64,000 bases of DNA from Neoechinorhynchus agilis (lineage: Eukaryota > Animalia > Acanthocephala). The stretch is taken from assembly GCA_051530055.1 (NCBI GenBank), contig CM121342.1:15081480-15145479 (forward strand). The letters run 5' to 3'. The notes under the pieces were generated by a model, which searched no databases, was not told the origin of the DNA, and saw only the letters and a program-made list of their open reading frames with translations. Positions 63,908 through 64,000 of this stretch are shown piece by piece. Each line of letters opens with the position of its first letter. Positions within the stretch are counted from its first letter, which is position 1. Both the position numbers and the translations under genes were made by a program.

Positions 63908-64000
63908 TTTGGTTCGATCTAATGAAGGAAATGAAACAGTGTTAACTTTTTACATCATTGGCTGCAATTTTCACGTATAATTTTCAAGGCAATATTATTG

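Overview
Eukaryotic, probably animal, DNA with compact genes and very short introns (28-60 nt). Roughly half the window is retrotransposon-derived. Host genes: a cadherin-domain membrane protein, RPS5, an ABCC/MRP4-like transporter, ALKBH1, an orphan 7TM GPCR, a DNAJB co-chaperone, a damaged MGME1-like nuclease, cytosolic asparaginyl-tRNA synthetase (NARS1), TRMT2A, and a small orphan single-pass membrane protein. Mobile elements: a complete Mag-like Gypsy element (short LTRs, PBS, PPT, 5-bp TSD) carrying two nested LINE insertions, one near-intact and several partial CRE-clade elements, RTE, L2/CR1-like and unclassified APE-RT LINEs, and Penelope remnants. Best leads: (1) Penelope-related palindromic elements with hammerhead-like cores on both strands, three of them just upstream of genes; (2) two housekeeping genes whose frames close only with GA-AG introns or a 1-nt sequence error; (3) an MGME1-like nuclease fused in frame to a CRE endonuclease tail; (4) an insertion in NARS1 that duplicated the splice acceptor; (5) acceptor-like motifs next to start codons, suggesting SL trans-splicing. 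All calls come from manual reading and remembered motifs. No database search was run, and exon boundaries are approximate.
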